This document shows positions 8,503 through 17,656 of a DNA stretch of 64,000 nt, piece by piece. The notes beneath the pieces were generated by a model. The model saw only the letters and a list, made by a program, of their open reading frames with translations, did not search any database and had not been told where the DNA came from. A program made the translations under genes and the position numbers. Numbering within the stretch: the stretch's first letter is position 1; each line of letters opens with the position of its first letter. Source of the stretch: a virus (taxonomy: Duplodnaviria > Caudoviricetes); IMG/VR virus record IMGVR_UViG_3300034407_003411, positions 588 through 64,587 of that record; one strand, 5' to 3'.

Positions 8503-10199
8503 ACTTTTAATTTTAATTCTCCTCTAATTACTTTATTCATATGTCTGTTAGCACATAAAGCACTTTCTTGAATAATTCTTTGTCCTGATAATGTAATAGC
8601 TTCTGATAGTATTACATTACCATATCTAAAACTACCTAATGCTGTTGCTCCATATAAACTATTAAGCAAAATTTTCATTGTATATTGCATTAAATAATTA
8701 TATTCGCCTTTTTCTGTGTCTCCAGCTTTATAAGCTGATTTCATACGTCCCTTATAAATAACACGTTCTTCAAACCATTTTTTAAGGATTGTAGATAATA
8801 CTGATTCTCTTTCTGTTTCAAAAAATACACCATTAGCTGATATGGCTAAGTTGTTTTCTTCAATCATTTGAATTAGTTTTCTTACAGGTACATATGCTTG
8901 TCTACGATGTTTATTTTCTACTAATAATTCTTCTTCAGGGTCACGTTCTTTTAAATCGTTAAGTGCCAATCTATTATTACGGTCATCTGCATCTATTATA
9001 CGTCCCTTGAGTGTTTCTTTACCTATGTTTATACTCATTATAATTGATGGATACAGCGATGTTAAATCTTCATCAAACATATACTTGTATAATCCTGCTT
9101 TAGGACAAAATAAATAACCACCAGCATAATTCTTTTTATGAATTGGGTTTTCATCTCTTCTAGGTGGAATAATTCCTTGAGATAATAGATAAGCTGAAAT
9201 AGCACCATCTTGTGATACTGTATTAGCATAAACTTCACTGTAATTATGTTTACCTTTATGAGATAAATTTTTAGTTAAAGCAATATATTGTAATTTTTCG
9301 TCTAATTTTTGGAGTATTTCAACATCAACAAAGTTATACTGAATAAATTTATGGATATCAGTTTCAAATAATTGGTCCAGGTTTCCTTCATATTCAACTT
9401 TACCCATGCCAACATATTTTTCTCCAATAGCATCTAATTTCCAACTTGGTTCATCTTTCCAACTATATTTTTTATGCAAACGAATATAATCAAGTGATTC
9501 AACTCCAACAATTTCAACAAATTGATTACGTTTATACCACCATTGGTTACCTTTTTTACAATTTACTTTACCAATAGGAGATAAATGATTAGCAAATTCT
9601 TCACCTATTGTATTACACATTCTATAGTATAAATAAGGTATATCAAAATAATCTGAATTATAACCAACCAAAATATCAGGGTCGATATCTCTAATATGTT
9701 CAATAAATTTACCTAATAGTTCATTTTCTGTTCTACAAGGTATAATTTCTTTATTTTTAGCTTTAGTATGTTTAAGTTGGTTTTTCTTATCAAGAATTAA
9801 GATATGCCAAGTATCAGGTGTTTTATCCCACCAAGCTATAGAAGTAATAGGCATCGGGGCACTTTCAATATAATCTTCGGTCAAAGCACCCCCGATTTCA
9901 CACTCAATATCAAAAAATACTTCTCTATGACCAGTAGAAGGAGTATCATCAGTGCCATATCTTTCGATAAGGAACTTTTGATATGGTTTCATATCATGAA
10001 AATGGATATTAGTTGTTGTTTTATCCCATTTATAAGTTTTACTTAATTTTTCACCATTAATGCCTTTTAATTTACCGTTTGGATCTTCAACATAAGCTGG
10101 GTTCCACCATTCTATTTCATCATAGCCTGCTTCGTCCCAAAGATGTATTTTAAATTTGTTTTTTCCTAAATTAGTAGCATAGCATTTTTTATAACTCAT
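8499..10199 (-). CDS. family B DNA polymerase, N-terminal part (3'-5' exonuclease, motifs A and B)
   Basis: FDIE (ExoI), GYNSDYFDIPY (ExoII), YNFVDV (ExoIII), DLTSLYPSII (A), KILLNSLYG (B); no DTDS. Confidence 0.95.
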   Translation of the reverse strand: MSYKKCYATNLGKNKFKIHLWDEAGYDEIEWWNPAYVEDPNGKLKGINGEKLSKTYKWDKTTTNIHFHDMKPYQKFLIERYGTDDTPSTGHREVFFDIECEIGGALTEDYIESAPMPITSIAWWDKTPDTWHILILDKKNQLKHTKAKNKEIIPCRTENELLGKFIEHIRDIDPDILVGYNSDYFDIPYLYYRMCNTIGEEFANHLSPIGKVNCKKGNQWWYKRNQFVEIVGVESLDYIRLHKKYSWKDEPSWKLDAIGEKYVGMGKVEYEGNLDQLFETDIHKFIQYNFVDVEILQKLDEKLQYIALTKNLSHKGKHNYSEVYANTVSQDGAISAYLLSQGIIPPRRDENPIHKKNYAGGYLFCPKAGLYKYMFDEDLTSLYPSIIMSINIGKETLKGRIIDADDRNNRLALNDLKERDPEEELLVENKHRRQAYVPVRKLIQMIEENNLAISANGVFFETERESVLSTILKKWFEERVIYKGRMKSAYKAGDTEKGEYNYLMQYTMKILLNSLYGATALGSFRYGNVILSEAITLSGQRIIQESALCANRHMNKVIRGELKLKV

Positions 10200-10384
10200 T
10201 CTGGCCTTATTGTTGATAGTATTTCCATTAAATCTTCTACTTCAAATTTACATAATTGCCCTTCACATAAATCTTGACAACACTTATCTGTATTAAGATA
10301 AATAAACTCTAATGATTTATCAATCTTTTCCCATTGTTCCTTAGATAATTGTTTCGGACTCATAAAATTTATCCAATTCATCAT
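10196..10384 (-). CDS. small hypothetical protein
   Basis: fills the gap between the MazG-like and polymerase genes; ATGA overlap with the polymerase start. Confidence 0.55.
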   Translation of the reverse strand: MMNWINFMSPKQLSKEQWEKIDKSLEFIYLNTDKCCQDLCEGQLCKFEVEDLMEILSTIRPE

Positions 10385-10904
10385 CAGTAAAAAACTGTGA
10401 CAAATCTGGTCTATAGTAGTTAATACTTTTCATTACTTTTTTATCACGGGTTCTGTAGACAATGTACCGTCCTTCCTCAAGTTTTTCAAAATGACAGGCC
10501 TCACCTTGTTCCTTACTTCGTTGGCTGACGGTTTGTATGGCCTCTTCTTCAGTTTTACAAGCTTTCGACATATTACTTCCTTGTACCTCTTGATATGCAG
10601 GCCATATCTTATCCTTAAGGCCGTGTAACATAGCACCGTTCCCAAGGGAAACATAAGTAATGTCGCACAAAGCGTCCAAAACTTCCACAATGTCGCCTCG
10701 TTCGCAAGCTTCTCTATACTCTTCGAGCTCTTCTTGAACGAAGTCATATACGAATTGCCATTCTTTTTTAGATGGGATTGTTGGTTCATAATTATTAGGT
10801 TTACCAAATGTTTTGTTAAACGTTTCTACCTCGCTAACAAATGGAACTTCGTTAGTCCATACAGGTAGTTCTTCTTCTTTAAATAACTTTAATTGTTTAC
10901 TCAT
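10341..10904 (-). CDS. MazG-like NTP pyrophosphohydrolase (DR2231/PRA-PH-like)
   Basis: EELEEY...EVLDALCDITYV...EVQGSNMSK. Confidence 0.88.
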   Translation of the reverse strand: MSKQLKLFKEEELPVWTNEVPFVSEVETFNKTFGKPNNYEPTIPSKKEWQFVYDFVQEELEEYREACERGDIVEVLDALCDITYVSLGNGAMLHGLKDKIWPAYQEVQGSNMSKACKTEEEAIQTVSQRSKEQGEACHFEKLEEGRYIVYRTRDKKVMKSINYYRPDLSQFFTDDELDKFYESETII

Positions 10905-11430
10905 CTTTCTGTTTATTTACAAATTTCATAAATGATCCTTCTTTATCATTAGTTAATCCTCCTATCGTATGTAATTTACAATCTTCTTCTGGCCAAACCA
11001 CATTATTATCTTCTCTTTCTGCAAATTCTAGAAATTCATCTGATTTAAAATAATCTTGTATAGGTTCTGAATCTTCTCTTTCCCATGGGTATACTATCCA
11101 TTGATCATTTACTTCTTTAGCATAAAAATTTGGTTTAAATTTAGAAGTTGGTTTATGGTGTAATACAGCCCAATAAGCACCTGGTGCTTTACTTAATGTT
11201 TTTCCTGTGTCATTAATATCATCTATTACTATAGTATTTTTACCTGGGTGAATAACAAAAGGAATATCTAATTGATGAGAAATTAATACTGCTGGGATTA
11301 AACCTCCTCTAGGTAACCCCATTACCGAGTCAATATTTGGATAATCATTAATTATTTTTGAACATAAAATATTTACACATTCGTGTATTTCATTCCATTC
11401 AAGATATACTTTAGATGTTGTGTCCCCCAT
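10897..11430 (-). CDS. purine phosphoribosyltransferase (Gpt-like)
   Basis: GLPRGGLIPA, PRPP-binding VIDDINDTGKT, WIVYPWE. Confidence 0.9.
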   Translation of the reverse strand: MGDTTSKVYLEWNEIHECVNILCSKIINDYPNIDSVMGLPRGGLIPAVLISHQLDIPFVIHPGKNTIVIDDINDTGKTLSKAPGAYWAVLHHKPTSKFKPNFYAKEVNDQWIVYPWEREDSEPIQDYFKSDEFLEFAEREDNNVVWPEEDCKLHTIGGLTNDKEGSFMKFVNKQKDE

Positions 11431-12103
11431 TATTTATTTTTAAACTATCAAAGAATTCTTTTCTAGCTAAGTTATCATTTTCTTTAAATACTCCTGATGC
11501 TTTAGTTGTAACCATAGCAGCACCTTGATGTTTAACACCTCTACAACTAACACAATTGTGTGTTCCAACTATAGTTACAATTACACCTTTATTATTTTCA
11601 CAAATTTTATCTACAGCATTATGAATTGCTGATGTTAATTGTTCTTGTATTGCTCCTCTTCGACCAAATAGTTCTACAATTCGGTTTAGTTTAGATAATC
11701 CAATTACTCTACCTTCCTGTCCTACAATATAACCTATATGAACAACACCTCCAATTGTTTGGTGATGATGTGAACACATTGAAGTTAACGGTATATTACG
11801 TTCAATAACAATGCCATCATAACCATCTGATGGGAATGATGTAATAGGAGACATCTCAGTGTATCTACCAGCCCATAAATCATTTACGTAAGCTTTAGCT
11901 ACTCGCATAGGAGTATCTGCTGAATTTGGATCTTGTCTCCAATCACATTTTAATTCATCTAAAAACAAACCAAATTTATGGGCTGCTTTTACTATCATTT
12001 CTTTTTTGTCTGCGTCGCTAAGAGGAAATCCTGGTGCTACACCATTTGCAAATCCCTCTTGTACAACTTCTAATTCTTGGTGAATTTTTTTTCTATTGTT
12101 CAT
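11411..12103 (-). CDS. folE: GTP cyclohydrolase I
   Basis: DTPMRVAK, SMCSHH, IGLSKLNRIV, IQEQLT, HNCVSCRGV. Confidence 0.96.
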   Translation of the reverse strand: MNNRKKIHQELEVVQEGFANGVAPGFPLSDADKKEMIVKAAHKFGLFLDELKCDWRQDPNSADTPMRVAKAYVNDLWAGRYTEMSPITSFPSDGYDGIVIERNIPLTSMCSHHHQTIGGVVHIGYIVGQEGRVIGLSKLNRIVELFGRRGAIQEQLTSAIHNAVDKICENNKGVIVTIVGTHNCVSCRGVKHQGAAMVTTKASGVFKENDNLARKEFFDSLKINNGGHNI

Positions 12104-12227
12104 TTATATAACTTTCTAATTTATCTATTAATACTAATACCTCATCTGGTTCCATTGTAATGGCACAACAAACGTGTACGTTCTCTTTTATGTCTTCTAA
12201 TATACGAAGAGCTTCTTGCTTATCCAC
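12093..12227 (-). CDS. 44 aa small ORF missing from the ORF track
   Basis: GTG start overlapping the queE stop (TAGTG); MDKQEALRILEDIKENVHVCCAITMEPDEVLVLIDKLESYINEQ; ends within the folE start region. Confidence 0.6.
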   Translation of the reverse strand: MDKQEALRILEDIKENVHVCCAITMEPDEVLVLIDKLESYINEQ

Positions 12228-12228
12228 T
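12199..12228 (-). promoter_or_regulatory. Bacteroidota-type promoter upstream of folE
   Basis: AGTG-N20-TATATTAG; lies inside the small ORF. Confidence 0.5.
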
Positions 12229-13045
12229 ATACTTCGCGTTGATCTTGAAAAGCTATGATATGTGGTCTCCAAGTCATTCTATAACCATTATCTCTTACCC
12301 AATCAAATAATACAGGATAAGATTTAAATAAAGCTTCTCTAGAATCACCAGCAGGCATAAACCAAACTTTTTCAGGTTTAACTTCTAACTGGGCTAAACA
12401 ATCCATAATTTCAGCTAATGCTTTTTGATCTTTACCATCCCATACTGGTTTGATGTGAAAGTCAGAATGATAAGCTATTGATTGTTTAATTGCAGCATAA
12501 TTAAGTCTTAACTTATTATGTTGTTTTACCATTTTTTCGTCTGTAACTTTTCCTTGAGGAGTAAGAGTACCAACAACGGGGACGCTATTACTAAACTTAG
12601 GAGAAATTGACAGGAGATTAATAGGATAATCAGTAGGAAGGAAATGTGATCCTTCAGTTTCAATAGTGATAAATATATTGTTTTCATGAGCAAAATGGGT
12701 TAATTCATTTACTAATGCTGCATGCATAGTAGGTGAACCCCCAGTTAACATCATTTCTTTTATATGAGGGTTTTTCTCATACATTGCAATAATGTCTTTA
12801 AAATTAAAGTGTCCTTTTTCTGGGTGAATACTTGTATACCAACTATCACACCATCCACCTTCACCGAAATAACATCTGTGAGTGCATCCTGTTGTTCTAA
12901 TTACTACTGTTGGGTATCCTGCTCTTGATCCTTCTGATTGTACTGCAGTGTAAATTTCTACAATGGGGAGGTTTTTATCGTAATCCTCAATACGTTTCAG
13001 CTGTTTGTGCATATTGTTAATTTTTTTAAGTGGTTTTTCATTCAC
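12227..13045 (-). CDS. queE: 7-carboxy-7-deazaguanine synthase (radical SAM)
   Basis: QSEGSRAGYPTVVIRTTGCTHRC...CDS, LTGG, IETEG, SISPK; next to queD and folE. Confidence 0.92.
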   Translation of the reverse strand: MNEKPLKKINNMHKQLKRIEDYDKNLPIVEIYTAVQSEGSRAGYPTVVIRTTGCTHRCYFGEGGWCDSWYTSIHPEKGHFNFKDIIAMYEKNPHIKEMMLTGGSPTMHAALVNELTHFAHENNIFITIETEGSHFLPTDYPINLLSISPKFSNSVPVVGTLTPQGKVTDEKMVKQHNKLRLNYAAIKQSIAYHSDFHIKPVWDGKDQKALAEIMDCLAQLEVKPEKVWFMPAGDSREALFKSYPVLFDWVRDNGYRMTWRPHIIAFQDQREV

Positions 13046-13054
13046 TATTATAAC

Positions 13055-13519
13055 TTATTCGCTGTAATAAGCAGCGTTTTTACCATGTTCTGCAAACTTA
13101 ACTTTCGATACTTTTACTCTACCTTCAGTTTCAGTTTTAACAAATTCATTTAATTTATGATAAATATATTCAGCAAATTTCTCTGCGCCAGTAGCTGGTA
13201 TTACTCTTACTTGAGCTACTCCTGCTTTATCCATCATTTTAAATGCTTGTAATTCAGGATCATCTTCTGCTATAATCATAGTATGATCAAACATATAATC
13301 CATCCATTCTTTAGGTGATTTACCATCGATTTTAGTTTTTGCTCTTTTCATGCCACCAAAATCCCACACCCAATTTCTTTCATCTAATCCTCCTTCAAAA
13401 TATACTTTAAAGGATATTCCATAACCGTGTACAAATCTACAATGTGTTGTCTGAGCTTTCCATTGACGAAACACTGTACTAAACCCGTCAAATACTTTAC
13501 TTGATTGAAACTTACCCAT
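13055..13519 (-). CDS. queD: 6-carboxy-5,6,7,8-tetrahydropterin synthase
   Basis: HCRFVHGY, WVWDFGG, FDHT, GAEKFA, EHGKNAA. Confidence 0.9.
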   Translation of the reverse strand: MGKFQSSKVFDGFSTVFRQWKAQTTHCRFVHGYGISFKVYFEGGLDERNWVWDFGGMKRAKTKIDGKSPKEWMDYMFDHTMIIAEDDPELQAFKMMDKAGVAQVRVIPATGAEKFAEYIYHKLNEFVKTETEGRVKVSKVKFAEHGKNAAYYSE

Positions 13520-13760
13520 TAAACCAATTTAATATGTCTTCCCTTGACTTGTTACCTACTGATCTAGCTATTTCATTATTGTTTTGATCCACTTTAACTA
13601 AAGTTGGGACTGATCTAACAGAATAATGAGATGCTTTTTCCATATCCTCATCAATATTTACTTTATGAATTGGAATATCTAAACTTAATTTGTCCATTAC
13701 TGGTCCTAATGCTCTACAAGGACCACACCATGGAGCTGTAAAATAAATTATTTTGTTCAT
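13512..13760 (-). CDS. thioredoxin
   Basis: WCGPC and SVPT motifs. Confidence 0.93.
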   Translation of the reverse strand: MNKIIYFTAPWCGPCRALGPVMDKLSLDIPIHKVNIDEDMEKASHYSVRSVPTLVKVDQNNNEIARSVGNKSREDILNWFNG

Positions 13761-13778
13761 TTTTAATTTTTATTATAA

Positions 13779-13985
13779 TTATACTAATTCTTCTACTATT
13801 CCTACTATCTCCGATAATATAAGAATAATTGCTGCAATCTCCAAACTAAATGGTAAAAAACAGTAACCTGCTATTCTAATTGCTGATTTGATAAAGCTTA
13901 CTATTTGATGCCATTTTTGATTAGGCATATTTTCTAAATTTTCTCTATCTTTAATTATTCCATCCATATCTTTTATTTTTATCAT
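13779..13985 (-). CDS. small membrane protein
   Basis: hydrophobic C-terminal half. Confidence 0.6.
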   Translation of the reverse strand: MIKIKDMDGIIKDRENLENMPNQKWHQIVSFIKSAIRIAGYCFLPFSLEIAAIILILSEIVGIVEELV

Positions 13986-14176
13986 TTTTTTCCGTTTTTC
14001 TTGTAATCAATTATAAACCCTACTGCTACTAGTATATTTAATCCTAAACTAGCTAGTATTTCATGTATGTCGTGGTAAACATTTAAATTTAAATGAACAT
14101 GACCAATAACCCAAAAGGGAATAGCCATTTGTTGACTATACCATATTAGTGCAAACTCAAGAAACTTTTTCACCAC
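13982..14176 (-). CDS. small membrane protein
   Basis: two hydrophobic segments; ATGA overlap with the next gene. Confidence 0.6.
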   Translation of the reverse strand: MVKKFLEFALIWYSQQMAIPFWVIGHVHLNLNVYHDIHEILASLGLNILVAVGFIIDYKKNGKK

Positions 14177-14864
14177 AACATGATTCTTGACTACTTGCTT
14201 CAGGTACTGGATTAGACTTTTGGTTAGTTATCATTATATTATAATTAATAACTAATCTATAATCATTTACTATTGGTGGGCAACCTGTGTGTAAATAGTC
14301 TTGGTTAAACATTATTATACTTCCTTTTTTAGGTTTATATGTTCTTTTAATTTCTAATTCTTTACCCAGAGTTAGATAATTTATTCCTTTATTTTTAAAA
14401 ATAATAGTATCTCCATCTGAGTCGTTAATATAATAAAGAAGAGTCCAACCTCCAAATCCTTCAAAATCACAGTGAGGGATAAAAGACATATCACTATTTT
14501 CAGGTACTTCTCTATAATTAAAATTAGATTTAATCTTCATTAAATCATAATCAAAGTTCATTACTTTAGAAATAGCATTTAAAGGTGGTAATACTATTTT
14601 ACTATAAACTTGTTCTTTTTGTTCCCACAATCCTTCTTCATAAAAAACACTTTGGAAAATTCCAGGCCTTAATTTAATTGTTTTATAATTATCCGTCATT
14701 GTAAGAGAATCAATGTCGATAGGATTTTTAATAATATTAGCCTGAGGTTTGTGTGTAGATGCAAACTCATACTTAATGTTTCCTAAATGTTGTTCTAAGA
14801 TATAATCTTGTACATCTTCAGGAACAATATTTTCTAAATGATATATTAAATTTTTTAGTAACAT
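14157..14864 (-). CDS. 2OG-Fe(II) oxygenase-like protein
   Basis: PHCD, LLYYINDSDGDT, PKKGSIIMF...HTG, RLVINYN; start moved to ATG 14864 because the longer ORF runs through the tRNA. Confidence 0.8.
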   Translation of the reverse strand: MLLKNLIYHLENIVPEDVQDYILEQHLGNIKYEFASTHKPQANIIKNPIDIDSLTMTDNYKTIKLRPGIFQSVFYEEGLWEQKEQVYSKIVLPPLNAISKVMNFDYDLMKIKSNFNYREVPENSDMSFIPHCDFEGFGGWTLLYYINDSDGDTIIFKNKGINYLTLGKELEIKRTYKPKKGSIIMFNQDYLHTGCPPIVNDYRLVINYNIMITNQKSNPVPEASSQESCCGEKVS

Positions 14865-14881
14865 TTTATTTTTATTCTTTG

Positions 14882-14954
14882 TTGTCTCGACAGGTCTCGA
14901 ACCTATACTCTTCTGGACCAAAACCAGACGTGTTACCAATTACACCACGAGACA
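14882..14954 (-). tRNA. tRNA-Gln(TTG)
   Basis: acceptor stem TGTCTCG/CGAGACA, D-arm TGGTGTAATTGGTAACAC, anticodon arm TCTGG-TTTTGGT-CCAGA, T-arm ATAGG-TTCGAGA-CCTGT; CCA not encoded. Confidence 0.93.
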
Positions 14955-14961
14955 TTTAAGT

Positions 14962-15375
14962 TTAATAACTTAACCCGTAATCACTTACCTTTGTAAATAA
15001 CCACGCTTCACCATACCCACTTACTGAGTCAGGTTTCATAACAATTAACTGCATACCTTTAAGATAAAATAACAACCTATATTCTTCATTTTCTTTTTGA
15101 ACATAAATGTATTTTTCTTCAAGTGTAAAATTACCTTTTGCTACTTCTCTACCATCAGGAGTATCAGACATTCTGTAAAATGTATCTTTATCTTCACTGT
15201 AATTCATATAAAGAACACTTGAACCATCCCAACTTTGCCAAGTACCATAAATATTTTCATTATCAGTACCAAGCCCAATTCTTTTTTCTTGGGAATAAGT
15301 TGTTGCACAAAACATTAAAGCAAAAAATAATAATGCAATAATAGCAAATTTGTCTATTAAATCGAATTTTTTCAT
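14962..15375 (-). CDS. secreted hypothetical protein (lipocalin-like beta fold possible)
   Basis: signal peptide followed by Q (TTYS/QEK), IYGTW motif. Confidence 0.6.
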   Translation of the reverse strand: MKKFDLIDKFAIIALLFFALMFCATTYSQEKRIGLGTDNENIYGTWQSWDGSSVLYMNYSEDKDTFYRMSDTPDGREVAKGNFTLEEKYIYVQKENEEYRLLFYLKGMQLIVMKPDSVSGYGEAWLFTKVSDYGLSY

Positions 15376-16169
15376 TAATTTGAATATTCTAATAAAACTT
15401 TTTCTACTGAAGCTTTAGCCACTTCATAAGAAACTGGACCTGTCTCGTCCTCATATTGCACTGGGTCAGGTCTTCCTAACGCAATAAACGCTTCTATTCT
15501 TTCCACAGACGAAGCTGATTTGTAATCTGAATTACCACTTGGATAAGGTTTGTAAGATGTATTTGTTCTCTTATAAACTTCATCAAAGTCAATTTTTAGT
15601 CTAGCACATAAAATTTCTCCATTTTGTAAAATGCCAAATTTATCAGTATCTAAATAAGGTGTAAAGTAACCTACTTTATCTGCATCCCAATTACCAATTC
15701 TAAAAGCTGCATCATCTGCATCTCTAAATTCTTGTCTACAATCAGGATAAACAGCATGGTCACCTGCATGAATACCTAAAGCAATATCACAAGTCTCTCC
15801 TGTTCTATTTGCTACAGATAATGCTACAGCTTGAGTAATAGAAGCAAACATTTTATTTCTATTAGGTACAACTGTTTCTTTCATGTTATCTTGCTCATAA
15901 TGTCCTTCTGGTACATCATCTCCACCTTGAACTAAAGCTGAATCTAGTAAGTCTACTAATCCATCTAGTTTAATTTGTCTATAATTTACTTTGTGACCAT
16001 TATCTGCTAGATAATTAATTAGAGATTGAGCTCTTTCAAGTTCAACTCTATGCTTTTGACCATAATCAAAAGAGATACCTGTTACAGTATCATATTCATT
16101 GATAGCTCTTAATAATAGGGTGCTGCTATCCATTCCACCACTTAACGAAACTACTACGTGTTTTGCCAT
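15375..16169 (-). CDS. queC: 7-cyano-7-deazaguanine (preQ0) synthase
   Basis: SLSGGMDSS, FDYGQKH, TVVPNRN, HAGDHAVYPDCR. Confidence 0.96.
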   Translation of the reverse strand: MAKHVVVSLSGGMDSSTLLLRAINEYDTVTGISFDYGQKHRVELERAQSLINYLADNGHKVNYRQIKLDGLVDLLDSALVQGGDDVPEGHYEQDNMKETVVPNRNKMFASITQAVALSVANRTGETCDIALGIHAGDHAVYPDCRQEFRDADDAAFRIGNWDADKVGYFTPYLDTDKFGILQNGEILCARLKIDFDEVYKRTNTSYKPYPSGNSDYKSASSVERIEAFIALGRPDPVQYEDETGPVSYEVAKASVEKVLLEYSN

Positions 16170-16366
16170 AATTTAAAATTTAATTTTTGCCAGGTATTTT
16201 GCGTATAGGCTAACGCTTGTTTAATTTTACATTTTATATATAATCTAACATACGAAAAAATAGTAGATAATCCAACCCCTCCTAAAAGAAGAGTCCATAA
16301 ATTTGGATGAAAGTGTTCTCCACAAAGTCCTAATGCGTGTTTTATTATTTCAGCCATAATGTTCAA
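16154..16366 (-). CDS. small hypothetical membrane protein
   Basis: HALGLCGEHFHPNL plus a hydrophobic segment; overlaps both neighbours. Confidence 0.5.
   Translation of the reverse strand: MNIMAEIIKHALGLCGEHFHPNLWTLLLGGVGLSTIFSYVRLYIKCKIKQALAYTQNTWQKLNFKLWQNT
16247..16276 (-). promoter_or_regulatory. Bacteroidota-type promoter upstream of queC
   Basis: GTTG-N20-TATGTTAG. Confidence 0.5.
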
Positions 16367-17153
16367 TTTTTTCTATATTATTTATTTTTCTAAATTTATT
16401 TGTATTATAAAGTATACTTCCATATTGAATGTCTTCAAATTTAACATCAAAATGATCATTCATGTTAGCTTTAGGTTTATTATTTAAACCATAATCTTTA
16501 TACTCTATACCTTCTAAAGCTGCCATTACTGGGTTTGAAGTATCTATTGATTCAATTTGTGGGTGGTTATCATACCAACCAAATTCCTGAGGTATAGAAC
16601 AACCTAGTAAATGGTATTTAACATCTTTAAGATGTTCTAATTTTAATAATCCTTGTACAAATCGTACTCTACCTAATGCCTTTCCCATATCTGGATTAGC
16701 GTGTGGAAAGAAATCGTTATACCAAGTAGCACCATAAGAAACACATAATTTATCATAACCCTGATTCATTAATAGGTTAGCACATAAATAAGCTTCATTT
16801 TTATCTTTACCTTGAATTACAGCTATAATTTTAGTATTTTCAGGATACTCAAATTGTTTCCAATATTTAGCTTGAGCTGCTGTCATATGGCATTCCATCC
16901 AAACATCAGGAACAATAAATTCATTAGGTTCTAATTCTTTAACCCAATGTAATAATCTTTTATGGTCATATGCTTCCCCTAATTCGTGAAGCGAATTATC
17001 CATGATAATATACCTTCCTGCTTTTTTAGCGTTTTTAAAATATTGCAAATATTCTTCATCCTGGTCTAATAGGTGGGGTAAACAATAATCATAATCGTTA
17101 AATTCAGTTGATGCTGTTAATAAACATCTAGGTACTTCATGGCTTACTTTCAT
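16350..17153 (-). CDS. TGT-fold 7-deazaguanine DNA transglycosylase-like protein (DpdA-like)
   Basis: TGT/DpdA-type motifs IIMDNS, VPDV, AVIQG, HLLG, SIDTS; 267 aa with no evident tRNA-TGT zinc site; heads the que cluster. Confidence 0.75.
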   Translation of the reverse strand: MKVSHEVPRCLLTASTEFNDYDYCLPHLLDQDEEYLQYFKNAKKAGRYIIMDNSLHELGEAYDHKRLLHWVKELEPNEFIVPDVWMECHMTAAQAKYWKQFEYPENTKIIAVIQGKDKNEAYLCANLLMNQGYDKLCVSYGATWYNDFFPHANPDMGKALGRVRFVQGLLKLEHLKDVKYHLLGCSIPQEFGWYDNHPQIESIDTSNPVMAALEGIEYKDYGLNNKPKANMNDHFDVKFEDIQYGSILYNTNKFRKINNIEKIEHYG

Positions 17154-17656
17154 ATACTTAATTTTTTAGGTCGTCCTCTACGAGAAACTCGAATTTGTTT
17201 TCTATATTTTTCTTCTATAATATAATAAAGATCTATTATTTCTCCACTACATTTTTCAGCTTCTTCTTTTGCTTGGGATTTTGTTATATTGAAATTCTTT
17301 GAAAATTCACTAAATAAAGCTTCTAACTTACCGTTTTCATCTTTTTCATAATCTTCCCATAACCTTTTTCTTCTTGCACTTAATAATTTAGTTTTTTCTA
17401 GGAATTTTTGTAAATCAGGTACACACTCTTCATAAATTTCATTCATCATATGCTCACATAACCATGCTTGCCATTGGTAACATGATGGGTCATAGTCACC
17501 ATTGAATATTTTATCCCTAAAATCAGCTTTGGTTGGAAGTGGTGTATTTTTATCTTGATACCACCTCCACCATCTAAACTTATTATAGTTTATTTGCTGG
17601 TAATTTTGCTTTAGGTGCTTTTCTATTTTTTTCTTTCCAATAGGAACATTAAACAT
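17150..17656 (-). CDS. hypothetical basic protein
   Basis: YNKFRWWRWY motif and C-terminal RRGRPKK (AT-hook-like); start uncertain (17656 or 17719). Confidence 0.65.
   Translation of the reverse strand: MFNVPIGKKKIEKHLKQNYQQINYNKFRWWRWYQDKNTPLPTKADFRDKIFNGDYDPSCYQWQAWLCEHMMNEIYEECVPDLQKFLEKTKLLSARRKRLWEDYEKDENGKLEALFSEFSKNFNITKSQAKEEAEKCSGEIIDLYYIIEEKYRKQIRVSRRGRPKKLSI

Noticed and set aside
10433-10807. Alternative-frame minus ORF (also 57126-57374)
   Set aside because: Fully nested in the MazG-like (and scaffold) genes, with no independent support
14865-14939. N-terminal extension of the 2OG-Fe(II) ORF
   Set aside because: It overlaps the tRNA-Gln; ATG 14864 is the plausible start
1412-16169. 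Bacterial chromosomal origin of groEL/fol/que genes
   Set aside because: They are interleaved with phage replication genes, on the same strand and under the same promoter motif
16350-17153. Canonical tRNA-guanine transglycosylase for queuosine
   Set aside because: Too short, no zinc-site motif seen, no queF/queA in the window; phage context fits DpdA better
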